A stretch of 64,000 nucleotides of DNA from Thermoanaerobaculales bacterium (lineage in GTDB: Bacteria > Acidobacteriota > Thermoanaerobaculia > Thermoanaerobaculales > Sulfomarinibacteraceae): positions 9,999 to 73,998 of the forward strand of contig DAOPQC010000013.1 in the NCBI GenBank assembly GCA_035358815.1. Direction: 5' to 3'. Positions 29,768-38,774 of the stretch are shown here, piece after piece. A program made the position numbers and the translations under genes. The notes below the pieces were generated by a model that saw only the letters and a program-made list of their open reading frames with translations, was not told the DNA's origin and searched no databases. Within the stretch, counting starts at the first letter, position 1; every line of letters starts with the position of its first letter.

Positions 29768-30331
29768 TCACGGACTGACACAGAAGAAGTTGAAGGCGAT
29801 GTTGACCGGCACCGTGCTCACCGCCTTGCCGGACACTGTGCGGCCGAACATCTGCAGCCGCAGCGTCTGGCGGATGTTGTTGTGGCCGGTCTCCGGATCG
29901 AAGCCGCCGTTCTCGGGAAGCAGGTTCGACAGCGGCAGCTCGAGGAAGTACTCGGCCGGGTAGACGCGCCAGTTCTCGAGCTCGGTCTCACCGTCGGCCG
30001 GCACGAAGATCCCCTGGTCGACCACCCACTCCGGCGACGCGGTGGTGCCGCCGTCCGACCGGGAGGGGGTGATCACCCAGCGGGTGATGTTGACGTCGTT
30101 GTTGGTGCCCAGGACCGTGCCCGGCGCCTTCGGGTTGGAGATCACCGTCATCTCCGCGATCGTGACGTCGACCCCGGCGGCGCCGCAGATGTCGATCTCC
30201 GGGTTGTACAACGTGACGTCCACCGTCAGCACCACGGCGGCCTCGGTGTCGTCGAGGGTCGAGTTGCCGCCGCACGAGGCCGCCAGCAGGGCCAGGGCCG
30301 CGAGGATGCAGAACTGGGGAATGCGCTTCAT
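29768..30331 (-). CDS. small lipoprotein of unknown function, co-transcribed after pilQ
   Basis: 187 aa with lipobox LLAASC and a GGAGGA RBS. There is an 11-nt gap after the pilQ stop. No motif recognised. Confidence 0.65.
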   Translation of the reverse strand: MKRIPQFCILAALALLAASCGGNSTLDDTEAAVVLTVDVTLYNPEIDICGAAGVDVTIAEMTVISNPKAPGTVLGTNNDVNITRWVITPSRSDGGTTASPEWVVDQGIFVPADGETELENWRVYPAEYFLELPLSNLLPENGGFDPETGHNNIRQTLRLQMFGRTVSGKAVSTVPVNIAFNFFCVSP

Positions 30332-30342
30332 TTCATCCTCCC

Positions 30343-32733
30343 CTAGTACTTCACGATCCGCGGGGTGATGAAGATCAAGAGCTCGTCATGACGGTTGGTC
30401 GAGGTCTTGTTCTTGAACATCCACCCGAGCACCGGGATCTGGGACAGCCCTGGCACCCCGTTGACGGAGTCCTGGTTGTTGATCTGGTAGATGCCGGCGA
30501 TCACCGTGGTCCCGCCGTCGCGGACCATCAGCTGGGTGGTCGCGTCGCGGGTGAAGATCGGGACGTTGTTCCCGCCGGTGATGTTGGCGCCCGGCGCCGG
30601 CTCCTGCTTCTTGATGTCGATGTCGAGGTTGACCGTGCCCTCGGCGGTGATCTGCGGCGTCACCTCGAGCTTGAGGGTCGCGTCCACGTACTGCACCGTC
30701 ACCGTGTTGTTGGCGATGGTCTGCACCGGGAGCTGGTAGCCGGAGCGGATCGACGCCGTCTGCAGGTTCTGGGTGGTGACCCGCGGCGTCGAGACGATCT
30801 TGATCAGCCCGTCGTTCTCGGCCGCCGTGAGCTGGAAGTCGAGGTTGAAGGTGTCGAGGATGTCGGCGAAGGCGAAGCCCAGCGTGCCGTTGGGGACGAT
30901 GCCCAGGTCGACTCGGCCGGCGCTCTCGATGGAGTTCGGGAACTCGAGGCCGGTGTCGTTGCCGTGCTCGGCGTCCATCACCGAGGAGAAGCCCCAGTTC
31001 ACGCCGAGCGCGCGCCCGAACTCGCGGGTCGTCTCGACGATGCGGCCCTCGATCACCACCTGGGGGGTCGGCTGGTCGAGGGTCTCGATCAGCCTCAGGA
31101 TGCCCTCGACGCGGTCGACCACGTCGCGGATGATGAGCTTGTTGGTGCGCTCGTCGACGACCACCGAGCCGCGGTCGGAGACCAGGTAGGACTCGGTGGT
31201 GAGCAGCTCCGCCACCTGGTCCGCCTTCGCGTAGGACAGCGGCTTGACCACGGTCTTGAGCGGCCTGGCCAGCTCCTGCTCGCGCTCGAACGCCGCGCGC
31301 GCCGACTTCTCCGCTGCCAGCTTGGAGATCGGCGCCACCCGCAGGACGTTGTTCTCGAGCACGTAGTCGAGGCCGTTGATGCGCAGGATCAGGTCGAGGG
31401 CCTGGTCCCACGGCACGTCGCGCAGCTCGACCGTCACCGACCCGGAGACGCCCGGGTCGAGCACGATGTTGAGCTGGGTCAGGGCGGAGAAGGTGCGCAG
31501 GACGTCCTTGATGTCCGCGTCCTTGAGGGTGAGCGTGATCGGCTCGCCCGTGAACTGGACCTCCTGGGTCGAGACCTCGGTCGGCTGGAAGTCCTCCTCG
31601 GACAGGGTCTGGGCGTCGAGGACCTGCGCCGCCGGGGCGCGCTCGATCAGCTGCTTGGGATCGGCCACGAACGGGCTGCGCGCGGCCGGCGCGCTGGCGG
31701 GGCGCTCGGCCGCCACGGCGGCCTCGGCCGGCCGCTGCGGCTCGGGCGGCAGCTCGAACAGGGCCGACTCCACCGCGCCGCTGTCCCTGGCGGCTGCCTG
31801 TGCCACCTGCGAGCGCTCGACATCGATCGATCCCGAGGCGTCGGCGATGGCCGTGCCCGGCCCGCTGCCGGCGGCCACCGCGAGCACCGCGCCGCCGTCC
31901 GTCACGTCGAACCGGAAGTCGGCCGGGCTCTTGAGGTCGACCACCACCCGGGTGATCGGCTCGGGCTCGGCCCGGAACTGCGCCACCCGGACCTGGCTGA
32001 CCAGGCCCGAGTTGACCGCGAACAGGTGGCGGCGCTCGAGATTGACCACGCCGTTGAGGTCGACCACGACCCGCGGCGGGTTGTCGAGGGTGAAGGGCTG
32101 GCCCTGGAGGGCCGCGTCGCCGCGCAGCTCGACCACGACGCCCTCCCCGGAGCGCACCGGGACCACCGAGTGGAGGCTGCGGGTCGACGCCGCAGCGGGC
32201 TGCGGGCCGGCGACGGCGGTCACCGTCGGCAGCCGCCGCACCAGGTCGTCGGCAGGCGGCGCCTCGGCCGGCGCCTGCTCGACCGCGGCGCGCGCCTCGG
32301 CGGGGCGGGTGGCCAGCGTCGAGAAGCGGAGCTCGAGGCCCGACGCGACCGGGGCCATCTCCATCTCCGCGGGCTCGGCGAGCCACACGGTCAGGCGGGT
32401 CACCCGCTTGCCGAACTCCTCGACGTCGCTCAGCTCCGCGCGCTCGATGCCGAGGCCGGGCGCACTGAGGCGCGCTGCATCCTGACTCCAGCTCGCCGCC
32501 GGCATCTCGACGATCCAGACCCCGGGCTGCGGCGAGTAGTGGACGGTGTCGAGCTCGCCGGTCGCGTCGAGGTGGATCAGGGCGCCTCGCTCGGCGGCCT
32601 CCGCTGTCAGCCCGCGGATGACGGTGACGGGATCCGCTGCCCAGGCCGGCAGGCCAGGTCCCAGCAGCACACAGATCGCCATGACCACCGGGATGCGGAC
32701 GTTCTTGATCATCATGCGATCCCCCAGTTTCAT
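30343..32733 (-). CDS. pilQ: type IV pilus secretin PilQ
   Basis: AMIN-like N-terminal repeats and a secretin C-domain (GVPGLSQIPVLGWMFKN...LLIFITPRIVKY). An alternative start at ATG 32715 or 32712 (MMIKNVR signal peptide) is possible. Confidence 0.9.
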   Translation of the reverse strand: MKLGDRMMIKNVRIPVVMAICVLLGPGLPAWAADPVTVIRGLTAEAAERGALIHLDATGELDTVHYSPQPGVWIVEMPAASWSQDAARLSAPGLGIERAELSDVEEFGKRVTRLTVWLAEPAEMEMAPVASGLELRFSTLATRPAEARAAVEQAPAEAPPADDLVRRLPTVTAVAGPQPAAASTRSLHSVVPVRSGEGVVVELRGDAALQGQPFTLDNPPRVVVDLNGVVNLERRHLFAVNSGLVSQVRVAQFRAEPEPITRVVVDLKSPADFRFDVTDGGAVLAVAAGSGPGTAIADASGSIDVERSQVAQAAARDSGAVESALFELPPEPQRPAEAAVAAERPASAPAARSPFVADPKQLIERAPAAQVLDAQTLSEEDFQPTEVSTQEVQFTGEPITLTLKDADIKDVLRTFSALTQLNIVLDPGVSGSVTVELRDVPWDQALDLILRINGLDYVLENNVLRVAPISKLAAEKSARAAFEREQELARPLKTVVKPLSYAKADQVAELLTTESYLVSDRGSVVVDERTNKLIIRDVVDRVEGILRLIETLDQPTPQVVIEGRIVETTREFGRALGVNWGFSSVMDAEHGNDTGLEFPNSIESAGRVDLGIVPNGTLGFAFADILDTFNLDFQLTAAENDGLIKIVSTPRVTTQNLQTASIRSGYQLPVQTIANNTVTVQYVDATLKLEVTPQITAEGTVNLDIDIKKQEPAPGANITGGNNVPIFTRDATTQLMVRDGGTTVIAGIYQINNQDSVNGVPGLSQIPVLGWMFKNKTSTNRHDELLIFITPRIVKY

Positions 32734-32746
32734 CAGTCCCTATCCG

Positions 32747-33271
32747 CTATTTCACGAGCTCTTTCACGACCTCTTCGTAAGGCCGGATCTGCTTCGGGTC
32801 GTTCACCTGTCGCTCGAAAATCACTCGGTCGGGCAGGATCTCGCGGACCTGGCCGTCGTACAGCTTGGTGCCAGGGCGGATGATGTAGGAGAGGTTGTCG
32901 CGCCCCTGAGCGAAGGCCAGAATGCCTTCCGGAGTCTTGATGATGCCCTCGATCCGGAGCTCGTCGACCAGCATCCCGGGCAGCCCCGGGGGCCGCACCT
33001 TGACCACGCCCGCCTCGGCTTCCTCGAAGCCGATCAGGAGCGAGCGGAACGGGTCGCGGCGGCCGGCCGGGTCGTAGCTGAAGAGCTCGCCTTCGAGCGA
33101 TTCCTGGTCGCCGCGGAGGATGTCCTCGATCCCGGACACGTCGACGTCCTCGGCCTCGAGATCGAACGCGTCTTCCTCCGCGGCCGGCTCCGCCTCCTGT
33201 GCCGGCAGCAAAGCCGGCACCGCGAGGGCCAGCGCGACCACACCGCACAGGATCAACCACCGGGATTTCAT
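32747..33271 (-). CDS. pilP: pilus assembly protein PilP-like
   Basis: Signal peptide MKSRWLILCGVVALALA and a C-terminal beta domain (LRIEGIIKTPEGILAFAQ...YIIRPGTKLYDGQVREI). ATG 33271 overlaps the pilO TGA (ATGA). It sits between pilO and pilQ. Confidence 0.65.
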   Translation of the reverse strand: MKSRWLILCGVVALALAVPALLPAQEAEPAAEEDAFDLEAEDVDVSGIEDILRGDQESLEGELFSYDPAGRRDPFRSLLIGFEEAEAGVVKVRPPGLPGMLVDELRIEGIIKTPEGILAFAQGRDNLSYIIRPGTKLYDGQVREILPDRVIFERQVNDPKQIRPYEEVVKELVK

Positions 33272-33837
33272 TGCGCCGGTCCTTCCTTGTAGATGAAGGT
33301 CTTCTGGACGAAGTTGGCGTGAATCGAGTACTTCTCTCCGCCCTGCGCGATCGGCGAGATGTCGAGGTCGTCGACGTTGATGATCCGCTGGAAGCGGCTC
33401 AGCCGATCGAACAGCAGGCCCAGCTCGTGGTACGTCCCGTCGACCTCGACCCGGATCGGCCACTCCTGGTAGAAGTCCTGGTCCACGTACTCGCCGGGCA
33501 CGAAGCTGGTCAGGCGGAAGCGCCCGCGCTCGGTGAGCTGCTTGAGCCGCTTGATCAACGCCGGGGTCTCCCGCTTGGTCGGCAGGATCTTGCGCAGCCG
33601 GTCGAGGTCGAGCTCGAGGTTCTTGATGTCCTCCTCGAGCTTCGGCAGGTCGGCCTTGGCCGCAAGCCCCTTCTCGATCTCGCGCTGCAGCTCGTCGATC
33701 GTGACGGTGCGCTTCTCGATCTCGACCTGCATGTCCTTGAAGACGTACATCTGCAGGACGACAAAGAGCGCGATGCCGAGGACCGCGCCGACGATGACCG
33801 CCACGTACCATGGTTTGTCATTCAGATCGATGGCCAC
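33268..33837 (-). CDS. pilO: type IV pilus assembly protein PilO
   Basis: 189 aa with one TM helix, a coiled coil and a ferredoxin-like C-domain. It follows pilN. Confidence 0.75.
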   Translation of the reverse strand: MAIDLNDKPWYVAVIVGAVLGIALFVVLQMYVFKDMQVEIEKRTVTIDELQREIEKGLAAKADLPKLEEDIKNLELDLDRLRKILPTKRETPALIKRLKQLTERGRFRLTSFVPGEYVDQDFYQEWPIRVEVDGTYHELGLLFDRLSRFQRIINVDDLDISPIAQGGEKYSIHANFVQKTFIYKEGPAQ

Positions 33838-33858
33838 GGCTCTGCCCCTCCGTCTCCA

Positions 33859-34461
33859 TCAGGTCCCGGAAGCTTCGTCCTCGCCGGACAGCTCCGGCGG
33901 GGCGTACGTGAACGTGCAGTCGAGGACGAAGCTGAAGGAGTCCTCCTTCCCCCGCGCCATCCTCTTGAGCGTCGGCTCCTGGAAGAAGGGAGACGAGTCG
34001 AGATTCGAGATGTAGTTCGCAACCGCGGTCTCGTCCATGGCGACGCCGCTGATGGTGAGGCTGCTGCCCCTCATGGTCATCCTGGTCAGCCACACCAGGT
34101 CGGGCAGCGCCCGTGAGACCTCGTCCATGATCCGCACCGGGCCCCGCTGGTTCTGCTTCAGGTTGTTGATCACGCTGATCTTGTGGCGGAGCTGGTCGCG
34201 CTTGGCCTCGAGCTCCTGGACCTTCTGGATGTACGGCTGCAGCTCGTCGCGCTCGGTCCGCTTCGCCCGCTCCACCTCGCGCAGGTGATCGCGCTCGTTC
34301 TTCAGCAGAAGCCACCGCGTGCCGATCCCCAAAAGGGCGATCCCCAACACCGCCAGCAGCAGGATGTCGCCCTGGCGGGCGCCGAGCGAAAGCTCGGGCC
34401 GCGGACCCTTGGGCCCCTTGACGCGTGCCGGCGCTTCCGCGACGAGGTTGATCTTGATCAT
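33859..34461 (-). CDS. pilN: type IV pilus assembly protein PilN
   Basis: MIKINLV N-terminus typical of PilN, with one TM helix and a coiled coil. It follows pilM. Confidence 0.8.
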   Translation of the reverse strand: MIKINLVAEAPARVKGPKGPRPELSLGARQGDILLLAVLGIALLGIGTRWLLLKNERDHLREVERAKRTERDELQPYIQKVQELEAKRDQLRHKISVINNLKQNQRGPVRIMDEVSRALPDLVWLTRMTMRGSSLTISGVAMDETAVANYISNLDSSPFFQEPTLKRMARGKEDSFSFVLDCTFTYAPPELSGEDEASGT

Positions 34462-34465
34462 CGCG

Positions 34466-35512
34466 TTAATCTCCGACCGTTCGCACGGCGAGGCCCACCG
34501 CCACCGACATGGCCGGGGCGTGCCGGTTGATCCACTCCGGATCGAAGTCCGATTCGCTGTAGCGGATGTTGCGGAACGGGTTCATGACCTCGACGTCGAC
34601 CTGGAACCGGTCCTTGAGGATGGTGTCGAGGTTGAGCACCAGGGAGCCGCCGCCGGCCAGCACCACCCGGTCGAGTCGGTCCACCGAGGAGGTCGCCACG
34701 AAGAAGTCGAAGGTCTTCTGGAGCTCGGCAGCCAGGTCCTCGGAGACGCTGTTGAGCACCCCCATGACCTGCTGCAGGGAGTGCTCCCCGACCTGCTCTC
34801 CGAGCTTGAGCCGCTCCGCCTCCTCGCGGGGCAGGTTCAGCTCCCGCTGGATCGCCTCGGTGTACTGATTGCCTCCGAACGCGACGTCGCGCCAGAAGAT
34901 CGACGTGCCGTTGTGGAGGACGTTGATGTTCATCACCGAGGCGCCGATGTTGACCAGGCCGATCGTCCCCTCGCCCGGCGCGTAGTTCGTCTCGAAGGCG
35001 TTCTGGAGCGCGAACACGTCGACGTCGACCAGCACCGGCTCCTTGCCCGCCTGCACGATCACCGAGGTGTAGTCGGCGATCCGGTCCTTCTTCACGGCCA
35101 CCAGCAGCACGTCCATGGTGTCGCCGGACGACTCGAGCACCACGTAGTCGAGGTTGACGTCGTTGATGTCGAACGGGATGTACTGCTCGGCCTCCCACTG
35201 GATGGACTCGGTCAGCTCGGCCTCGGTCATGGCCGGCAGCTGGATCTTCTTGATGATCACCGAGTGGCCCGACAGCGAGCCGCCGAAGTTGGGGTTGCGG
35301 ATGCTGTTGTCGGCGATCAGCCGGGACAGCGCCTCCACCACCAGCGAGGAGTCCATGATCGCGCCGTCGACAATCGCCTCGGGCGAGAGGTTGGCGATCG
35401 CCGCATGAACGAGCTGGTACTCGCCGTTTTTGAGCGGCTTGAGTTCCACGATCTTGATGGAAGACGAGCCGACATCGCAGCCGACAACCTGCTTCTTTCT
35501 TTTACCAAACAC
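34466..35512 (-). CDS. pilM: type IV pilus assembly ATPase-fold protein PilM
   Basis: 348 aa, actin-like fold (VGCDVGSSSIKIVEL). GTG start preceded by GAAGGTGGA. Confidence 0.9.
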   Translation of the reverse strand: MFGKRKKQVVGCDVGSSSIKIVELKPLKNGEYQLVHAAIANLSPEAIVDGAIMDSSLVVEALSRLIADNSIRNPNFGGSLSGHSVIIKKIQLPAMTEAELTESIQWEAEQYIPFDINDVNLDYVVLESSGDTMDVLLVAVKKDRIADYTSVIVQAGKEPVLVDVDVFALQNAFETNYAPGEGTIGLVNIGASVMNINVLHNGTSIFWRDVAFGGNQYTEAIQRELNLPREEAERLKLGEQVGEHSLQQVMGVLNSVSEDLAAELQKTFDFFVATSSVDRLDRVVLAGGGSLVLNLDTILKDRFQVDVEVMNPFRNIRYSESDFDPEWINRHAPAMSVAVGLAVRTVGD

Positions 35513-35571
35513 GGTTGTCCACCTTCGCGTCGAAAGTTTGTCCGAGGTTGTTCATGTCCCCTCTAGCTAGC

Positions 35572-35600
35572 AGGCTAGCAAAGGGCAAATGTACTGTCAA
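35572..35600 (-). promoter_or_regulatory. sigma70-type promoter candidate for pilMNOPQ
   Basis: On the minus strand: TTGACA (35600-35595), 17-nt spacer, TAGCCT (35577-35572). The -10 region overlaps the duplicated GCTAGC palindromes (GCTAGCCTGCTAGCTAG). Confidence 0.35.
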
Positions 35601-35849
35601 GAACAAGCGAAACAGCATGATAGCTATCACAAAATCACCTTGGCACCTTCAATCGTCCCGCGAGGGTCGCAAATTGATACAGCGAAGGGTGGGCAATTCC
35701 TGCACCACGAGGGCAGTGCAAAACTGCTCGGTTTTCGAGCAACCTCCGATGGAAATCCGAGGCAATTTCGTGAGCTATTCCGGCGCCACCAACAGCGACA
35801 TTCAGGTGATGAAGATCAACCGATTGCGGGGCAATCCCCGGCCCCGCTC

Positions 35850-35879
35850 TTGAAATTCGCGGCGGCCTGTGGTAAAAAT
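35850..35879 (+). promoter_or_regulatory. sigma70-type promoter candidate for rpmB plus leader hairpin
   Basis: TTGAAA (35850-35855), 17-nt spacer, TAAAAA/T (35873-35879). A GC hairpin CCGCCCCCA-GTGTG-TGGGGGCGG (35882-35904) follows. GAAGGAG is the RBS before ATG 35919. Confidence 0.45.
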
Positions 35880-35918
35880 CCCCGCCCCCAGTGTGTGGGG
35901 GCGGTGAAGGAGCGAGAC

Positions 35919-36116
35919 ATGGCGCAGCGATGCGATATCTGCGGCAAGGGGCCGATGACCGGCAGCAACATCTCCCATGCTCACAACGTCACCAAGCGGC
36001 GCTGGTTGCCCAACCTGCAGCGGGTGCGTGCGATGGTCGACGGCCGTCCGAAGTACATCCGGGTGTGCACGCGCTGCCTGCGCTCGGGCAAGGTCGTCAA
36101 GGCCCCCCGCCTCTGA
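35919..36116 (+). CDS. rpmB: 50S ribosomal protein L28
   Basis: 65 aa, [34 protein letters not shown]. The upstream part of listed ORF 35589..36116 is non-coding leader. Confidence 0.9.
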   Translation: MAQRCDICGKGPMTGSNISHAHNVTKRRWLPNLQRVRAMVDGRPKYIRVCTRCLRSGKVVKAPRL

Positions 36117-36212
36117 CCCCCGGGGCTCTGATCCACCACCGAACACCCCGATTCTCGAACCCAGCTCGACCCGACCGCGGTGGCGGCCGTTGAGCGCGTT
36201 ACGAACCCACCC

Positions 36213-36537
36213 CTGCCCGCTTCCGCGCCCGCCCCCCTTCGTTCCCGCTCCCGTTCCCGTTCCCCCCCGCTCGTTCGCCTCGTCCTCGAAGACGCTTCGC
36301 GCCGATTCTCTGAAGGTGCTCCCCGAGGGAGCCACCTTTGGCGATTTCTGGACTCCAGAACTTCTTCAGGAGGAACGTCGCCCCCGAAATCGCCAAAGAT
36401 GGCACGCCCGCAGGACGCCCTCACCTCGTGCTCGCCTCGACCCGGGCGCGGATCCGGCGTCGTCCTGCGGCCGACGCCGTAACAAGAGCGGGCGGGGGGG
36501 ACTCTCCCTAGATACTATTCCCCAGATCCTAGATCCT
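36213..36537 (+). repeat. mosaic intergenic repeat, copy 8 (B-C-D-E(subfamily II)-F-G ... inverted A)
   Basis: B at 36213-36235; C at ~36238-36266; D at 36279-36330; hairpin core at 36331-36403 (arms GCCACCTTTGGCGATTTC and GAAATCGCCAAAGATGGC); F at 36404-36418; right end CCCTAGATACTATTCCCCAGATCCTAGATCC (inverted A). Confidence 0.9.
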
Positions 36538-36552
36538 GGCCGGGCGGGGGCG

Positions 36553-38733
36553 TCAGCCCGCCTGGCCCCTGCGCTCGACCTGCAGCATTCCGGACAGGGA
36601 CTGCAGGCGGTCGATGATGCGGGCGAGCTGGGGCGCGTCGCGGACCAGGATCGTCAGCGCCGCGACGCCGGTGTCGTTGTCCTCGGTGCGCAGCTGGCAG
36701 CTCAGGATGTCGCTCCCCTCCTCGGTGATGGTGTGCGAGATCGAGGCCAGCATGCCGCTGCGGTCGCGGAACACCATGTCGACGTTCACCCGCGATGGCG
36801 CCGCCGACCTCGATCCGGCGTTGGTCGCCCACCGCACCTCGATCTCGCGCTCCGGGTGGTAGAGCAGGTTCCTGACGTTCGGGCACGACCGGGAGTGCAC
36901 CGCGACGCCCTTGCCGCGAGTGACGTAGCCGACGATCGGCTCGCCGGGCAGCGGGCTGCAGCACTTGGCCACGTAGACCAGGAAGTCGGCGTCGCCGGTC
37001 ACCTCGAGGACCTGCGAGTCGAGCGGGTGGGTCGGCTCCCGGACCTGCAGCGGGCTGCGCTGCTCGGCCGTCTCGGCCGCCGCCGGGGCAACCGCCGCCG
37101 AGACGGTCGCGGCAGCGACCTTGCCAAACCCGATCGCCGCCAGCAGGTCCTCCTCGCTGGAGACGCCGTGCGAGGCGATCTCGCGCTTGATCTCGGCGCC
37201 GCCGGCGAGCTTCTTGAGGGAGGTCCCGGCCCTGCGGAGCTCTCGCTCGAGCAGCTTCCGCCCGACCTCCACCGCCCGCTCCTTCTCCTCGAGCTTGAGC
37301 CACGCCCGGATCTTGCTGCGCGCGCGGGTGGTCACCACGATGCTCAGCCAGTCGTGGTGCGGCCGCTGCTGGGGCGAGGTGGTGATCTCGACGATGTCGC
37401 CGTTTCTAATCTCGGTCTTCAGCGGCACCCAGCGGCCGTTGATCCGGCCGCCGACGCACTTGTGCCCGACCTCGGTGTGGACCCGGTAGGCGAAGTCGAG
37501 GATGGTCGCGCCGCGCGGAAAGGAGAAGACGTCGCCGCGCGGGGTGAAGCTGTAGACCTCGTCCGGGTAGAGGTCGACCTTGAGAGAGTCGATGAACTCC
37601 CGCGGCGAGGTGCCCTCGGAGTTGTCGAGCACGCCGCGCAGCCAGGCGAGCCGAGAGTCCTCGGCCGGCGCCTGTGACCCCTGCTCCTTGTAGCTCCAGT
37701 GCGCCGCGATCCCGAACTCGGCGATCTTGTGCATCTCCTCGGTCCGGATCTGAACCTCGAAGGGGTGGCCCTCGGGGCCGATCACCGAGGTGTGCAGGGA
37801 CTGGTAGGCGTTGGGCTTGGGAATGGCGATGTGGTCCTTGATCCGGCCCGGGACCGGCGACCACTCCTGGTGGATCAGGCCGAGGGTTGCATAGCACTCG
37901 CCGACCGTCGAGACGATGATCCGGAAGGCGAGCACGTCGAAGACGTCCTCGACGTCGACCCGTTGCCGCTTGAGCTTCCCCCAGATCGAGTAGAGGTGCT
38001 TGACGCGCCCCGAGATGGTGGCCTCGATGCCGTTCTTCGCGAGCAGCGCTGCGAGGTCCTCGCGGATCTTGGTGAACCACCGGTCGGCCGCCTTGGCGCG
38101 CTCCTCGACCTGCCGGGTCAGCGCCTTTGCCTCGTCCGGGTGGAGGTACTCGAAGCAGAGGTCCTCGAGCTCGAACTTGATGCTGCCGATGCCGAGCCGG
38201 TTGGCGATCGGCGCGTAGATGTCGAGGGTCTCCCTGGCGATCGCCAGCTGCCGTTCGCGCTTGAGGAAGCCCAGGGTGCGCATGTTGTGGAGGCGGTCCG
38301 CGAGCTTGATCAGGATCACCCGCGCGTCGTCGGTCGAGGCCAGCAGCAGCCGGCGGAAGTTCTCCGCCTCGGTGGCCTCGTGGCTGGAGAAGGAGCTCTC
38401 GAAGGTCGAGATCTTCGTCAGCGCCGCCACCAGCCGGGTGACCTCGGGCCCGAACTCCTCCGCGAGCTCGGTCGCGGTGGTTTGGGTGTCCTCCAGGATG
38501 TCGTGCAGCATGCCGGCCGCGATCGCCGTCTCGTCGAGCTCCATCTCGGCCAGGATCCAGGCCACCGTCAGCGGGTGCACGAGGTAGGACTCGCCCGACC
38601 GCCGCACCTGGCCCTGGTGGCGATTGGCGGCGAACACGTAGGCGTGGCGGAGCAGGTCCTCGTCGTAGTCCGGGAGGTAGCTCTCCACCCGGTAGAGGAT
38701 GTCCTCGATGCGGATCCTGCCCGCCAACTCCAT
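36553..38733 (-). CDS. rel: bifunctional (p)ppGpp synthetase/hydrolase (RelA/SpoT homologue)
   Basis: 726 aa. HD hydrolase motif (HPLTVAWILAEM...HDILEDT), synthetase region (RVKHLYSIWGKL), and TGS and ACT-like C-terminal domains. Confidence 0.95.
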   Translation of the reverse strand: MELAGRIRIEDILYRVESYLPDYDEDLLRHAYVFAANRHQGQVRRSGESYLVHPLTVAWILAEMELDETAIAAGMLHDILEDTQTTATELAEEFGPEVTRLVAALTKISTFESSFSSHEATEAENFRRLLLASTDDARVILIKLADRLHNMRTLGFLKRERQLAIARETLDIYAPIANRLGIGSIKFELEDLCFEYLHPDEAKALTRQVEERAKAADRWFTKIREDLAALLAKNGIEATISGRVKHLYSIWGKLKRQRVDVEDVFDVLAFRIIVSTVGECYATLGLIHQEWSPVPGRIKDHIAIPKPNAYQSLHTSVIGPEGHPFEVQIRTEEMHKIAEFGIAAHWSYKEQGSQAPAEDSRLAWLRGVLDNSEGTSPREFIDSLKVDLYPDEVYSFTPRGDVFSFPRGATILDFAYRVHTEVGHKCVGGRINGRWVPLKTEIRNGDIVEITTSPQQRPHHDWLSIVVTTRARSKIRAWLKLEEKERAVEVGRKLLERELRRAGTSLKKLAGGAEIKREIASHGVSSEEDLLAAIGFGKVAAATVSAAVAPAAAETAEQRSPLQVREPTHPLDSQVLEVTGDADFLVYVAKCCSPLPGEPIVGYVTRGKGVAVHSRSCPNVRNLLYHPEREIEVRWATNAGSRSAAPSRVNVDMVFRDRSGMLASISHTITEEGSDILSCQLRTEDNDTGVAALTILVRDAPQLARIIDRLQSLSGMLQVERRGQAG

Positions 38734-38774
38734 CTATTCATTGTATCGAGGGGGTCAAGGACGGGGGGGAGGAT

